Below are positions 24,939-37,883 of a stretch of 64,000 nucleotides of DNA, piece after piece (positions within the stretch are counted from its first letter, which is position 1; every line of letters starts with the position of its first letter). The DNA is from Sporopachydermia quercuum (Eukaryota): assembly GCA_001599295.1 (NCBI GenBank), contig BCGN01000001.1:1364001-1428000 (forward strand), in the 5' to 3' direction. The notes beneath the pieces are model-generated. The model made no database searches and was not told where the DNA came from. It saw only the letters and a list, made by a program, of their open reading frames with translations. Both the position numbers and the translations under genes were made by a program.

Positions 24939-26669
24939 CTAGGCTATGGTATCGATATTGCAAGACCATCCAGATGCACTTGGATCAATTAAAGGCAAAG
25001 ACGCTCCTAAGCACCATCCCAATTCATTGTTCCTAATCTTCTTAGCGATCTTAACTTCTCTACTTAATGGAATATCATAACCAGTATGGAGCATTGATAA
25101 GATGAAGTTCAGATCTAAACACCAATGAGGCTCTGCTAATAATTCATCAACTGCACCATCCAAGGCAGCAAAAATATTGTTCCAGGTCTCAGTTCCTTCA
25201 CAGACGCCTTTAGCTAAATCAAACAATTCTTCGATAGTGAAGCTAGATGGCATACCAAGGGGAAAAGTTCTATCGTAGAAATAGGAAAAGATAAAGATAT
25301 CACTGTCTTTAAGGTAGTTTCTAGTAAGTGATGGTTGATGAATGCCGTTGAAACTACACGGTTCTTGTGGGCATTCGGCATCCTTGTTTAAAACACTTTC
25401 AGCGATGAATCTACACTGAGTTCCAGAAGGTGTATCAGGGCCAACAAAGTTAACAATGTAGGTATCTCCGTTTTCGAATTTCACTTTAACATTATCGGCA
25501 GTAACACCAGGAGGAATACAAGGACTTACTAATGTTGCAGTTGCTTTAGCATTAGGATCTGTCGCAGGAACAAGATCTTTGGCTTTCTTACCCTTCAGAT
25601 GACCTTGAACAATAGCAGCGTTGATCTTATTTCTTCCTTCCATGAGACCATATCCAAGATGAGACCATTGGTATAAAGTGAAATCTCTATTACCAAATTG
25701 TAAATCATACTTATGCTCACCTTCTGTCATTTCTTGATTCTTCAAAGAATCAAACTCTGGTTCAAAGACGATCTGAGTCGATCCACCACCTAAGTCAAAC
25801 ACAGCAGCGGTTGGGATCTTAGAGGAAGAGCCAATGTTACCAAGCAAGTAGTTGGTGGTAATCCATGCATAAACACCTTCATCTTTACCACTCATAATCT
25901 CGATACCACTACCAGGAACAACAGGAAAAGGATAATCATTTTCTAAATGGCTTCTAACAGCATCCAATATGGCATCAGACTTAGTTTCGCCTAATAATCT
26001 GAGACCAGCAGTTGCTTTAACAGCAACTGGTGAACATGCTTGATAGTTTTCAGGAATTGACTTCAAAGCTACTTCCAATAAAGGATCTAAACTTTTAGCA
26101 GCCCCAACAGAATCAGTATCAAAACTTGATAAACCAGGTTTTAACATTTCAAAGTCTTCCTTAATCAGCTTGGGGACTTCATCACAGGTATCAAAATGAT
26201 AAACGTGGATTCTAGAACCAGTTGAACCAGCATCAATCATAATAACGTATTGGTTAGTCTTATCCGCAGTGCACGTAGACTTTTCAACATCTTCAAGATT
26301 GGGATCACCTTTCGTCTTAGACTTGGGATTGGTCTTAGCTTTTGGCTTAGTTTCGGTATCTTTTAGACGTTTAGTATCCTCCTTGGGTTCAGCAGCTTCT
26401 TCTTCTTCTTCAGTAGCCTCTTGTAATAACTTTTGAGATTCAGGCTTACTGGTTGGTGTTGATTTATTGATATGCTTATGCTGTGTTGAATCGTCTTCAG
26501 GTACTGGCAAAAAGTTGTTGTCAGGTTTGGAACTCTCTTCTTGTGATAACTTGTAGGACTCGAGACTTTTAACAGAATCAACGCTGGATTGTCGAGAGAT
26601 GAAAAATGTTATCAAGATCACTAAAGTGACCAAGAAAATCAGCCGGAAACTTTTAGCCGGAGCAGCCAT
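24939..26669 (-). CDS. GDA1: Golgi guanosine diphosphatase (GDA1/CD39 family)
   Basis: N-terminal TM anchor; apyrase-conserved regions [25 protein letters not shown] and GWCLG. Confidence 0.92.
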   Translation of the reverse strand: MAAPAKSFRLIFLVTLVILITFFISRQSSVDSVKSLESYKLSQEESSKPDNNFLPVPEDDSTQHKHINKSTPTSKPESQKLLQEATEEEEEAAEPKEDTKRLKDTETKPKAKTNPKSKTKGDPNLEDVEKSTCTADKTNQYVIMIDAGSTGSRIHVYHFDTCDEVPKLIKEDFEMLKPGLSSFDTDSVGAAKSLDPLLEVALKSIPENYQACSPVAVKATAGLRLLGETKSDAILDAVRSHLENDYPFPVVPGSGIEIMSGKDEGVYAWITTNYLLGNIGSSSKIPTAAVFDLGGGSTQIVFEPEFDSLKNQEMTEGEHKYDLQFGNRDFTLYQWSHLGYGLMEGRNKINAAIVQGHLKGKKAKDLVPATDPNAKATATLVSPCIPPGVTADNVKVKFENGDTYIVNFVGPDTPSGTQCRFIAESVLNKDAECPQEPCSFNGIHQPSLTRNYLKDSDIFIFSYFYDRTFPLGMPSSFTIEELFDLAKGVCEGTETWNNIFAALDGAVDELLAEPHWCLDLNFILSMLHTGYDIPLSREVKIAKKIRNNELGWCLGASLPLIDPSASGWSCNIDTIA

Positions 26670-27566
26670 CTTTTTAATATATTTTATCGAACTATTAGAA
26701 TATAGTTGGTCTACAACCTGTAAATGTTTCTATGTTTGTAGACGTGAATGTAAACCCAAAAGTAAGATTGCGATTTCTGAGCTCATAATACCTATTACAT
26801 ATAATTGAACACGACTCAGCCCACGAACCAGGAATTAAATACAAAAAACCCAACCACTGCAGTAGACTAACTATTAGAGTCAACTCAAGTTGCACCTTGT
26901 TTAATACTCAACAAGGTACTATGAACCATCAGATAAAGAAGTTCAGGCTCTTTTGTCCAAAATGCATATCTTTCTCTGTCGTTCGCGTCCAATAGGTCTG
27001 TTACATGCATAATACATATTAATTGATTACATGATCAGTACTTATGAAGAAAAAGAAACAAATGATTGCTGTCTCTTTTCATGTAGAACTGCAAGTACTA
27101 TCTATCACTAAGACAACCAAAAGTAAGTCTAGAACTTAGACCCTATTCTAACCTTATTCACTTGTTAAGGAAAGGATGAATGCAGCTTATTCACACGACA
27201 GGAGAAATGAAGAGGAAAAAACTTTTAACAGTTTCTGCTGTAAATGAATAAAAGCAAAATACAATATGCATTTAAAGAGAAAAGAGGACTCCTCACGCCG
27301 TAAGTGAATATTCATTTAAAATGGTACTCTTTCTGGAGATTCCATTGCAGATGTGACTAGGAGTACAATTGTGTCTGTATGAGTATAAAATAAGTCATTA
27401 TAAGATTATTGTTTTATTTTTATTGTCATCTTATTTGACTGAGGTAGATCTAGTTATTTGGTTGGAAGTGAATAGCATTGTATTGAATCCAAGAGGTAAG
27501 AAGATAAGAGCTGAATCTATCTGAAGGTTTGCTATCTTGTGACTGGGAAGCAAAACAGATTTTACA

Positions 27567-29864
27567 ATGGGAGAACTATCATCACAGGCATCATATGCTG
27601 TAACGTTTGTTACCTATGGGTTATTCCTGGTATTAGGTGTAGCTATATCATTATGGAAACTTAGTGATAAACAGTTTTTAAGTGGAAATGGCACTCAGAA
27701 AGGTATGAATTATATGATTGTGAGGAGGTGAGGTAATGAGGTGATGGGGTGATGAGATAAGGAACCTGCATTGACTCATAATCTGACCTTTTATGAGGAA
27801 ATCAATAATATGCATATCTTTTCAATACTAACAGAAGTATAGCTTTGCCTCTAGCGTTTAACTTTGTAGCATCAGGTCAGTATATTTCATAAAATGGGTG
27901 CAGGACGTAACAACCGCATTGTAGTAACGAATAGATCACCTGAAGACTTACTTACTTTACTCTATGGCCAAATGTTGTATTTGGTCTCAACATATTGGTA
28001 TTCTGTGTATATGTTTTTTCTCAATTGAAAGTGAAAAGTTCCTCGATGAAAATCCTTTTCTCTTTTATAACAGTCAGGTTATACACAGAGTTAGTGAAGT
28101 AACAACGGGTGCCATCATTAGTAGCTATCATGATTTGATGATATCAATGATTGGAGTGTTCTCAATGAGAGGCTGAGATGATACCGCTTGGACTCGAACA
28201 AGATAATACTTGCGTGAGAACTGTTACTGCACATCATTATTTCTTTCATTGCATTATTTGTCGAAGAATTGAAGTCTAATTGGGTTGTTCATGAGCGTTA
28301 TACTAATTGGGTTCTTTAAGACTTTATTCTTAGTACCAACGGTCTCTGACATTCAATTATAACCATTTTCCTCAACTGATCAATAGTGCGATGAGTAATG
28401 AATTTACTTCAACTAACAATCTATTTAGCGATGGGTGCTGGTATCTTGACGACGTATCCTGATGTCACTGCTTGGGCAGGTTTACAAGGACTGCTTGTAT
28501 ATGGGCTTGCTTCATCTTTACCAATAATGCTTTTTGCATTTGCTGGTCCTGCAATCCGTAAAAGATGTCCTGATGGATTTGTTCTAACTGAATGGGTTTA
28601 TCAAAGATATGGCTTAGTTGCATCTTTATATCTGAGTTTATGTACCATTTTAACCATGTTTTTATACATGACTGCTGAATTAACGTCTATCCAATATGCT
28701 TTTGAAGCTTTAACAGGACTAGATGCTTTGTCAGTAATGATTGTTGAGTGTGTTGTTACAACTATTTATACATCTTTAGGTGGTTTTCATATCTCTTTCT
28801 TGACAGACAATGTTCAAGGAGCAATGATATTCTTGTTATTGATCATTTGCTCAATTGCTATTGGTGTTAATGTTCACGTTGACACAAGCTTAGTACAATC
28901 GACTGGAATGCTTGATTCTACAGTTTTAGGCTGGAAGCTGGTTTATATTCTTCCTGTAGCAATTGCTACTAATGATTGCTTCTTGTCCGGATTTTGGCTT
29001 CGAACTTTTGCTTCTAGAACTGATAAAGATTTGATCATTGGATGTTCTATTGCCACTGTGGTCATATTTGTATTCTTAACATTGGTTGGTTTTACAGGAT
29101 TGTTAACCGTGTGGTCTGGTATGCTTCCACCGCAATCCGATCTGGGATCCACATCATTTTTCATAATTATTACTACAATGCCTTCTTGGATCATTGGTTT
29201 CGTTCTTGTTTTCACGGTTTCATTATCAACAGCAGCTTTTGATTCTTTACAATCGGGAATGGTCTCCAGCATCTCTAATGATTTTTTCAGAAACAAGTTA
29301 CCTATGATTTACGTTAGAATTATTGTTGTTCTCACTATGGCTCCAGCAATTGTTGTTGCCCTTAAAGCGCCAAATGTCCTTCAAATTTTCTTGATTGCTG
29401 ATTTAGTTTCATCTTCTGTTATTCCTGTTTTATTCTTGGGATTATCGAAAAGATTTTATTTCCTCTCTGGTTTGGAAGTCGTTGGAGGAGGATTTGGAGG
29501 AATCTTAACAGTCTTCATCTTTGGAACAATCTATTATGGCTCTGCTCGTGAAGGAGGAAGACTACTCATCTTGTGGGATGGATTGTATGTTGATAATTGG
29601 GGTCCTTTTGGTGCCTTCATTGCTGCTCCTGTAGGAGGAGTGATATCTGGTTTCATAATTCTTGGGGTTAGATCTTTGGTTACATATATCTATTGCAGAG
29701 TCAAGAGCAAAGAATTCACTATTTTCGACAAACCAGACGACTCGCAAATAATTACACCTACCAATTATACCAGAGTAAAGAAACGGGATGACAACGAATC
29801 TTTACTTATTGATAATGATACATCAAAAACTTCTTTCGCTGAATCTACCAAACAAGTGGACTAG
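27567..29864 (+). CDS. DUR31: Solute:sodium symporter-family transporter, Dur31/NCU01977-type (probable thiamine or precursor transporter); exons 27567-27702, 27843-27875, 28429-29864
   Basis: The spliced N-terminus MGELSSQASYAVTFVTYGLFLVLG...FLSGNGTQKALPLAFNFVASAMGAGILTTYP is phase-consistent. Many TM segments. Intron 2 contains a TPP aptamer, as established for this family. Confidence 0.85.
28098..28228 (+). ncRNA. TPP (thiamine pyrophosphate) riboswitch aptamer in intron 2 of the transporter
   Basis: P1 AGTAACA/TGTTACT; GGGTGCC...GGCTGAGATGATACCG core; P4/P5 CTC-GAA-CAAG-ATAATA-CTTG-CG-T-GAG, matching the TPP consensus. Confidence 0.93.
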
Positions 29865-31033
29865 GATAGAACAGCTTTTCTTGTAGATCTTCATTCTTCA
29901 TATTTTTTTCTTCTCGTTCATAATTCTAACCTGTTTAGCTCTGTATAATGTATAATGTGAATAGGTAATAAAATAATGCTAATAGTTTTTATTGTTTTCC
30001 CCACCTGATTATGCCTCACAACCGATGAAGAATACTGACAGATCAGCAGTTACTCTAGGTATAATGTACCAATGATAGTTGACTATCAGCATTTCTACAT
30101 ATTGCAAAATGTACTGAGTTTAAAACCAAGTAGTTTCTTGTTTTCAAGCTTATCATAGGAGATTGCTCACGTTACTATATTATTTCTCTCTCCTTACTCT
30201 ATCCTACTGCAATCTGGGGAGATCAATTTGAAGTAAAGTATAGTAAAATATAAAATATGTAACAGACAATCAATCAAACTACCCTCCCTGCATACACTTT
30301 TCCCCAATAGCCAATATCCCTCCATAATTACTATCGCCTCACGTTCGTGCTTACTCTCCTACTCTCTCAAGGACAGTTATTTCTCTATTCTCTAAGCAAA
30401 TAGCATATATACCAGGTACTGTCACACTCGAACCAGCTACTTTGTTTATCAGTATACTCCACCATTGTTTCAAAAATAATCAAAAAGAGGGTTATGGGTA
30501 CATAACCAAAATTAGATGGTCAGATATGACAGGACTTTGTCAGTATCCCGCAAACAAACTGATGTCATGACACATATGGCTCTGTTTTTAGTAACACAAA
30601 TAGGCCATACTCCAAAATGCACCTTGAACCATTTTCTCATTTATATATTTGAGTATACAAAGATTACACACGACGACAATATTACAATACACAACAGAAA
30701 ACAGTAGAAAGCTAGGATACTTTGATGACTTCTATAATTTCATTCTAGGAAAATCAAGAGGTAATCCGAAGACTACAAAGTGAGGAGATCTATCGGCTGA
30801 AAAGAAAACAACTCAAAAAGTAAGTGTCGGCAGATTAAGATTGACGGTGGCTAGATCATTTAGTAACTGGAGAAGTTTGTTTGATGGAAGAGCTCAACAA
30901 ATTTTGAGATAGCAGAAAGGCACAGATTGAAACAAAAAGTAGGATTGGAATTAAAGAAAGTAGTGAGAGGAGTTGATTAAGTGATCAGGGATAAAGGGGT
31001 TAAATCGGTTGAGTTAGAGAAAAACATTATAAA

Positions 31034-32164
31034 ATGTCTACTACAGCTACCTCAGAAGCCCTTAATAGTCGCTATAAGAGAGTCAGCGAAGGGCACATTT
31101 TGGACAGCGTAGACGACGATGTTCAAGCAGTTAATAGGTTAAGAAAAAAGATTAGGAGAGAATCATTATCAGGTGAAGATGGCTACAAGAATGGAGAAAG
31201 AAGCGAGAAGAAATCTATCGAGTCAAAACTTTTACCCGTTGATGAGACTGTCTCCTTCACTGACGAGAAAGTGAAGCAAACAGTTTTTCCTTTGAGCAGC
31301 AATTCACCAGAGAGTCAGTCAGGTGATGAAGCGGGATCTTCAAAACCTAGTGACTTCGATGATAATTATTATAAACAAGCTAAGAATAAAGATGCATTTC
31401 GACAGTATGAGTTGGCATGTTCTAGAGTCTCTAAGTTTTATAGAGAACAGCATGCCAAACAAACTGTAGCGTTCAATATTCAGGCTCGGGTCAACTTCAA
31501 AACGAAAATGAGAGCAAAGTTATCTATTTGGGACGCATTAGAAAAGTTGAATCGACTTATTGATCAATCTGATCCCGATACAGAATTATCTCAAATTGAT
31601 CATGCTATTCAGACAGCCGAAGCAATAAGAGGAGATGGGAAACCAAGATGGATGCAACTGACAGGTCTGATACATGATTTAGGAAAGTTATTATATTTTT
31701 TTGATGCAGAAGGTCAATGGGATGTGGTAGGTGATACTTTCCCAGTTGGCTGTAAATTTTCAGATAAGATTATTTTCCATGATTATTTCAAACGCAATCC
31801 TGATTATCATCATCCAATATATTCTTCTGAATATGGAATTTATGCCCCTCACTGCGGTCTTTCAAATGTGATGTTATCTTGGGGTCATGATGAATATATG
31901 TTTCATATTGCTAAAGCACAATCAACACTGCCTGATGAGGCTTTAGCCATGATTAGATATCATTCTTTTTACCCATGGCATACAGAAGGTGCATATAAGC
32001 AGTTAATGAACAAAGATGATGAGCTCATGTTAAAAGCAGTTCAAGAGTTTAATCCTTATGATTTATATTCAAAAACAGATAAAAAGTATGACATTGAATT
32101 ATTGAAGCCTTATTATTTAGAACTAATTGACGAGTTTTTCCCTAATAAAATTGTGGAGTTCTAA
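31034..32164 (+). CDS. MIOX: myo-Inositol oxygenase
   Basis: DQSDPD, HAIQTAEAIR, GLIHDLGK, SWGHDEY and IRYHSFYPWH di-iron motifs. Confidence 0.95.
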   Translation: MSTTATSEALNSRYKRVSEGHILDSVDDDVQAVNRLRKKIRRESLSGEDGYKNGERSEKKSIESKLLPVDETVSFTDEKVKQTVFPLSSNSPESQSGDEAGSSKPSDFDDNYYKQAKNKDAFRQYELACSRVSKFYREQHAKQTVAFNIQARVNFKTKMRAKLSIWDALEKLNRLIDQSDPDTELSQIDHAIQTAEAIRGDGKPRWMQLTGLIHDLGKLLYFFDAEGQWDVVGDTFPVGCKFSDKIIFHDYFKRNPDYHHPIYSSEYGIYAPHCGLSNVMLSWGHDEYMFHIAKAQSTLPDEALAMIRYHSFYPWHTEGAYKQLMNKDDELMLKAVQEFNPYDLYSKTDKKYDIELLKPYYLELIDEFFPNKIVEF

Positions 32165-32789
32165 GAGTGCTAGTGATTTTTGGGTCAGGGTTATTTCGGT
32201 TTGGTATTCATGGCTTCTGGTATTCTCATATCTGTTTTTAAGTACTTTATGGGTCTGGTTAAGTTTTATAATTCATGGGAAAGGATTGTTTTTTTAGTTT
32301 TCTTTTTGTTTTATTGCCTTTGGTCATAATGAGAAATTTTTGAACAGGACAGCTGATAAAAGGGTATTGATTAGCTGCTTTATCCTGCGGATGTTAATAT
32401 TAATATCTCCGTTTTGGTTAGTCCTTGGTATTATTTAATTAGTTATTTATTTTTTCGTTCGCGACGTTTGGAGTTCTTCAATTTTTTTAGGCTAAACCTA
32501 TAAAAATTGTTTTCTAGAACTATGTATAATAGAATTTTAATGATAATGATTTGTCTTGTTTAATATAACTGACCCCTCGTTTAATGTAAGACATTATTTA
32601 TAACTGTAGTATGTGTTGGTTATGTTCAAACTACAATTTACAATTCCCAACGAAAAAATAGTTAAATAGTTAAGTTAACTAAATGAACCAAAACCTTTTA
32701 TTCCTATATATTATTATACATATACCTTCTTGAAAAGTAATCATACTAAAATGAGTTATTTATATTTAAATTGGTAGTAACTTTGTTCA

Positions 32790-34247
32790 TTAAAACAACT
32801 CTATAGCTCCAAAGTACTGTTCTACACCATAGGGCCCAGGATTCTTCCAAAGATCATTGTATGTCGTTAGAAGCACAATGTTAGAACCCACAGTTTCCAG
32901 GATTGATTTTATGCATACTTCCTGGTTATCAGAGCTTGGCACTTGGTCACCATTGGTAGCACCTTGAGAAGGATACCCGGTTTCGACAACCATTACATCC
33001 TTGTTATTACAAACGTTTTTGGCAATTTCGATTTGACCAGCAACAAATTGACCACCTTGATCTGCGCTTGAAGAAGAATCAAAGTATGGATGAGCATTTA
33101 TTCCGACGAAATCAAGAGCATCATCAGTACATAAGCTTGGGTTGTCCTGATAGATATTTGGTGGTTCGGCAGTTGAGACTGGACCAGTATAGCCAGCTTG
33201 CCTCAAAGTTGCTTTAGTCGATATGATTTTATTCAAAAGAGCATCGGCTGAAACCATTCCACCATAAACTGCTTCATTTCCAATAAGGATTTGTGGGTAT
33301 AAATCCCACTTTTTGCTTGAAGTAGTTTGTACATAATTAATAAGGTCATTGACACTTTCATCTATTGAGTCAACACCGGAAGTTCCAATCCAGAATCCTT
33401 GCATGACTAATAATCCTAACTCTTCAGATATTGGTTGCACAGTTGAAAGCGAGTTACAATCAGTTGCATACATTCTGATCTTAATTATTCCTTTATTTTT
33501 GATCAATGACAAGTCGCTATAAACTGTATCGTAATCTTTGCAAGTGGAGTCATCATTATAAGGAGAGTAGACAATGTAATCAGGCTTAACTGATAGTGTA
33601 CCCTCTGTTGTGCTGTCTTCACTATTAGTTCCATCTCCAGAACTACTGTTGTCACCCGATGCTTTTTTGGTTGATGATTCAGTTTCTGTCGGGGTATCCC
33701 CAATTGTGATAGTGGATTCTATAACTGTGGTGGACTGCTCTTGCGACACAACAATATTGGTGGAAACAATTGTTTCTACAACAGTGGTTGGAGATGAACT
33801 CTCAGGGTAGGAATAAGAGGTGAAAGTGATAGTTCTGGGTCCAAATGTAGTACTGGGATTAGTGTAAGTAGTAGTTTCAGTCAAAGTGTAAGTAGTAGTT
33901 TGTTCTTCAGATGCTGGTGTTGGCGTTGGTGTTGGATCAATAGTAACTCCAACCTCAACTTCTGGTGTTGATGTTGGTTCAGCTGTTGTACTCGGGTTAG
34001 GGTCACCAATAGTTTGAATGATTGTAACTATTGGAGCCTCAGGAGTGTACAATTCCCAAAATGTATGAGTTTTCACTGTATTAGGATCAGTGTACCAAAC
34101 AGTAACTGTGTCCCTTGGTTGCACATCAACTACATTATACTCTCTCGCTTTCTTGATAGGAGCTGCGTGTGCTAGTTGACAAAAGATAAACAAAGCAACT
34201 AGTGCTGCAAACAAAAGTTGACTTTTATTGGCTGAAGACTTCATCAT
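32790..34247 (-). CDS. Secreted GH17 beta-1,3-glucanase/transglucosylase with an S/T-rich linker (Scw11/Scw4-like)
   Basis: Signal peptide, Ser/Thr-rich region, YSPY...CK, IRMYATDC, IGNEA and VETGYP motifs. ATG 34247 preferred over the track's TTG start. Confidence 0.88.
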   Translation of the reverse strand: MMKSSANKSQLLFAALVALFIFCQLAHAAPIKKAREYNVVDVQPRDTVTVWYTDPNTVKTHTFWELYTPEAPIVTIIQTIGDPNPSTTAEPTSTPEVEVGVTIDPTPTPTPASEEQTTTYTLTETTTYTNPSTTFGPRTITFTSYSYPESSSPTTVVETIVSTNIVVSQEQSTTVIESTITIGDTPTETESSTKKASGDNSSSGDGTNSEDSTTEGTLSVKPDYIVYSPYNDDSTCKDYDTVYSDLSLIKNKGIIKIRMYATDCNSLSTVQPISEELGLLVMQGFWIGTSGVDSIDESVNDLINYVQTTSSKKWDLYPQILIGNEAVYGGMVSADALLNKIISTKATLRQAGYTGPVSTAEPPNIYQDNPSLCTDDALDFVGINAHPYFDSSSSADQGGQFVAGQIEIAKNVCNNKDVMVVETGYPSQGATNGDQVPSSDNQEVCIKSILETVGSNIVLLTTYNDLWKNPGPYGVEQYFGAIELF

Positions 34248-36118
34248 GGTTCCCTTCAATTACTGATTTTGATTCTATCTTCAATGTAGAAAGATAATGA
34301 TATGTGGTATATTGTATTGTGTTTAAGAAAGATCGAATATAGTTGGTTTGATCCGAAGGGTAGTTGTAGGATCTCTTCAAGTTTTAATAACTTGCATCCA
34401 GAATTCAGTTCAGTGTTATTTGATTATTTGAGGAAGTGAAGAGAAAGTTATTAGTTGTAAGAAATTTATAAACAAGTGAGTGAAATCTGCGTGAAACAGG
34501 GGTAATTGTTTATAATAATTCAGTACTGGTACTTCGCTGTTGATAATTCAATCTAAATGAATGACTAGTAGTTGGTTTATTAATGATTGTTAATTTAAGA
34601 AAAGGAAGAAAAAGAAAAAAGAAAGAAACTTCAAACAAGTTTCCAACTTGCGAGAATATTAAAAGAATCCCATGATGAACAACGGGAATTGTGGTTTTAT
34701 ATAAATTGCTATCAATCATCATGGTAACAATACAATCTCTCCAATATCTGGTATTTACCAGGATCAAATCTCTGTTGGCTGGCTCTTAGTTACATTGCCG
34801 TAGTTTATATTTCCTCAATTATATTTGATCATCAATCTGTTAAGTAATCGCTGTATGTCGTGAATACAGGAGGATGGTTATTGATTGAAATCAGTAATAT
34901 CATCAACATGCAACCTCTAATCGTTTCAAGGATGTACCTGTTTGGTAACTGTCGGAAGTTGGTTTCAACCAGCCGCTAAATTCTACTTTCTATTTCGGGG
35001 GCATGAATCTTTTGTTTTGGTTAATCGTTACCTTCCTAATTGGGTTCTAGAGAACAAAAAATGCATGATATATGCGCTTGGAGTTAATTTATTAGGTTAT
35101 ATATGTACTCATATGTTAGTGAAGGTTCTATGCATATGTGAGAACCTTATTTGTCTGATGTCAACTGTCAAAATCTTAAAAGATGAAATAATGCTGGTCG
35201 AAAACAATAAGCGGCTCAAATAATGGTTTCTCAATACATCAACTAAAATTGGAGAAAGTATGAGAACTTGTCATTATTACTGTCGTGTGAAAGCAGTAAT
35301 AAACGAATAGCAAGGCATGTTGGAAAGACAAAAAGTAATTATGATACTTTTCATATCCCGTGCCAACGACATGTCAAATAGTCAACCTAGATCCAACCTA
35401 AATCATTAATGAAATCAGAATTCATATTTTCAATATCACCCACAGATATTTTTAGATGTATGATTCGAAGGATTGAAAATCTGGAGCTGGCTACTGATAA
35501 TACCCTAGGAAAGTATATTGGGTGCTAATCGTATGTTGATACAAATGATGGATATGGCCATAGTTCGTTTGGTACGTAATAGTGGGTTAGAGTACTTACT
35601 CATAACTTACTTACTAGTTATTTAGTACTTACTTGCTTGAGGATCTATCTGATGTGCGTCTTACATAGATAGTTAAACTATAACCCAAGAGAACCTGCGA
35701 GTTCGATTTTATGTGATACCATCAGTCTGTCTGATGCAGGCTTTAATAGCAAGAACTCAGGTCTCAAGCTGTAAAACTAGGAACGAAAGCAGAGAAAGTG
35801 ATAATATTATTACTAGAATAAATCTAATAAATCTAAGAGTTTGAGGAAGTAGTTTTTCACGATTCTTCACAAATCTTAAGACAAGTAAATGTTGGATAAG
35901 TTCATAGCATAATAAATAAAGAAAATGTTCGTACAATTGTAAGTGGGAACTAGTACAACTTCACACTCAAATAGACCCTACAATTAAAAATGGACCTATG
36001 TTTGCATCTTAGGTGCTGAACGTCATAGTTCCTGTGATTCTCCAGAGCGCTCTGAAATGCCTTTGTAATGTTACATTAATAAGGATGTTATATTGAATGA
36101 TTTAAATATTCATTTTAT

Positions 36119-36868
36119 TTAAGCAGCAACCTTAGGAGTGGCAGCACCAGTTTGGAAACCATTCTTGAATTTTCTAGAGATTAACTTCAAAGATCTGAGA
36201 CGGCCAGTGCCAGTAGTCTTTCTTCTCTTACCCTTAACACTCCAGTTGAACTTTCTGATCTTAGCAGCAGGATATCCGCAGGAAGCACATGTGGACTTTT
36301 GAATGTGGAATGATCGCTTACCACATCTTCTGCACAAAGTGTGGGATTTGTTTTGCTTCTTACCAAATGAAGTGGTACCCTCTGTAAAGTTTGTTAGTAT
36401 GAACATTTATTAGTCATGACATGTAGTTTATCATAGTTATCCCAATAGAAAGTGAATGATTAAGCTGTATTAGTGTCGGAACGCTGAATACACAATGGAA
36501 AACAAGAGATCTTCTCGATGATTTCATAGTTTCTTGACAAATTCATAAAAATAGTGTTGGAGTATTAAACAATGGCAATATATAGTCATTTGATCTTTCC
36601 TGTTGGTTTCTGTTGTGCTGATGCTATCTATTTTCGTACTCATTGCCGAAGCCTGCTAGCTGATTTAACATTGTTGAAATACATTCTCCATAATCTGCTG
36701 CCAAATTTCTACCATCGCTTATACACTCTACAACCCCTTTCATATCATATTCTGTTCGCTTGTTTTCCTTTGTTTACGACGGCGAGCCAACTTTCATCCA
36801 CAATACTATCCTATTGTTTCATTCACATTCTATTGATCATCCTCCACTCAATTTAACTTACTAGTCAT
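36119..36868 (-). CDS. RPL37: 60S ribosomal protein eL37; exon 1 36868-36862 (ATGACTA), intron 36861-36382
   Basis: Spliced [29 protein letters not shown] donor, TACTAAC branch, CAG acceptor. Confidence 0.96.
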
Positions 36869-37883
36869 CTTGAATTATAATACGTTGATTATTTTTTGAT
36901 ACTGATGCAACAACTAATCTGCTTTCAGATGTTTTCAAGATATTAATTGCAATAAAGCAGTAATAATCTCTTTGTTCTGTTGATACTACCATTCAACGTT
37001 GTATAGTATGAATGAGTAGAACCAGGCTCCACCACCTGGTCTGTCTACCTACAAAGTGGAATAACGAACAGAGTGCGTGGGTGGCTACACTCAACCAGTA
37101 CCTGCCAAATGAAAATTAGTTTTCCCTTAGCATCTTAGGCAGTCTGAATTTTACATGCATATCAGAATTAAAAGGGTTACTTCCATCCCAAAGCCCTTTA
37201 TCACGTGTTGTATATTAGGTTTTGAATAACGTGTGAATACCATCAGGTCTCGTCTTGATCTTGAACCTACCAATCTTTAAGCCTTTTTTGGTCTATTTTC
37301 ATGATCAAGAAGTAAACATAATACTGAAAATAATCATTCTAATAAGCCAGTCCTTCTCGTGATTAATTCTGTTTTTTCTCTTCAAAATTATATCTTATTC
37401 TTTGTCTTGTGAGGTGTCTAGATTGGATTTGAACCTCCTCTACATGGTTTGAGTTCCTAGACAATCAAACATGATAAACCTACACTCTATGTATTGGTAG
37501 TTCCGAAAATTGGTATCATTAATTAAATATATGTATAATGAATATTTTATATTATTCTAAGTCTCAAACTTTGAAGAAGGCGTGTTGAACACTATTAAGT
37601 GAAAGGAAATCAGTCCTTAAATGGTGAAAAAGATATGTGAATTATAAGAATACTAGTACACAAGAACCACCAGGGCTGTGGTAGAATATTGTTGAAGATA
37701 TCTGAAAATTAATCTCTGAAGAATTGCGGGGGATTGAATGCAATAACATTCATTTTCTATTAACAACTGTCAAATCGTACGATCAAGTGAACGTCAGACA
37801 AACATGTTGCTGAATTATACTGTAGTTTATTAGTTGGTATTGACATCAATTGACGATGTTATTGTATTTCTCGCTGCTTTCTC

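Noticed and set aside
27964..28176. 70-aa ORF and a TGATGA...CTGA C/D-like pair in the transporter intron
   Set aside because: Both overlap the TPP aptamer, which explains the sequence better; no rRNA guide is evident.
36572..36856. 94-aa plus-strand ORF
   Set aside because: Antisense to the RPL37 intron, with no recognisable motifs.
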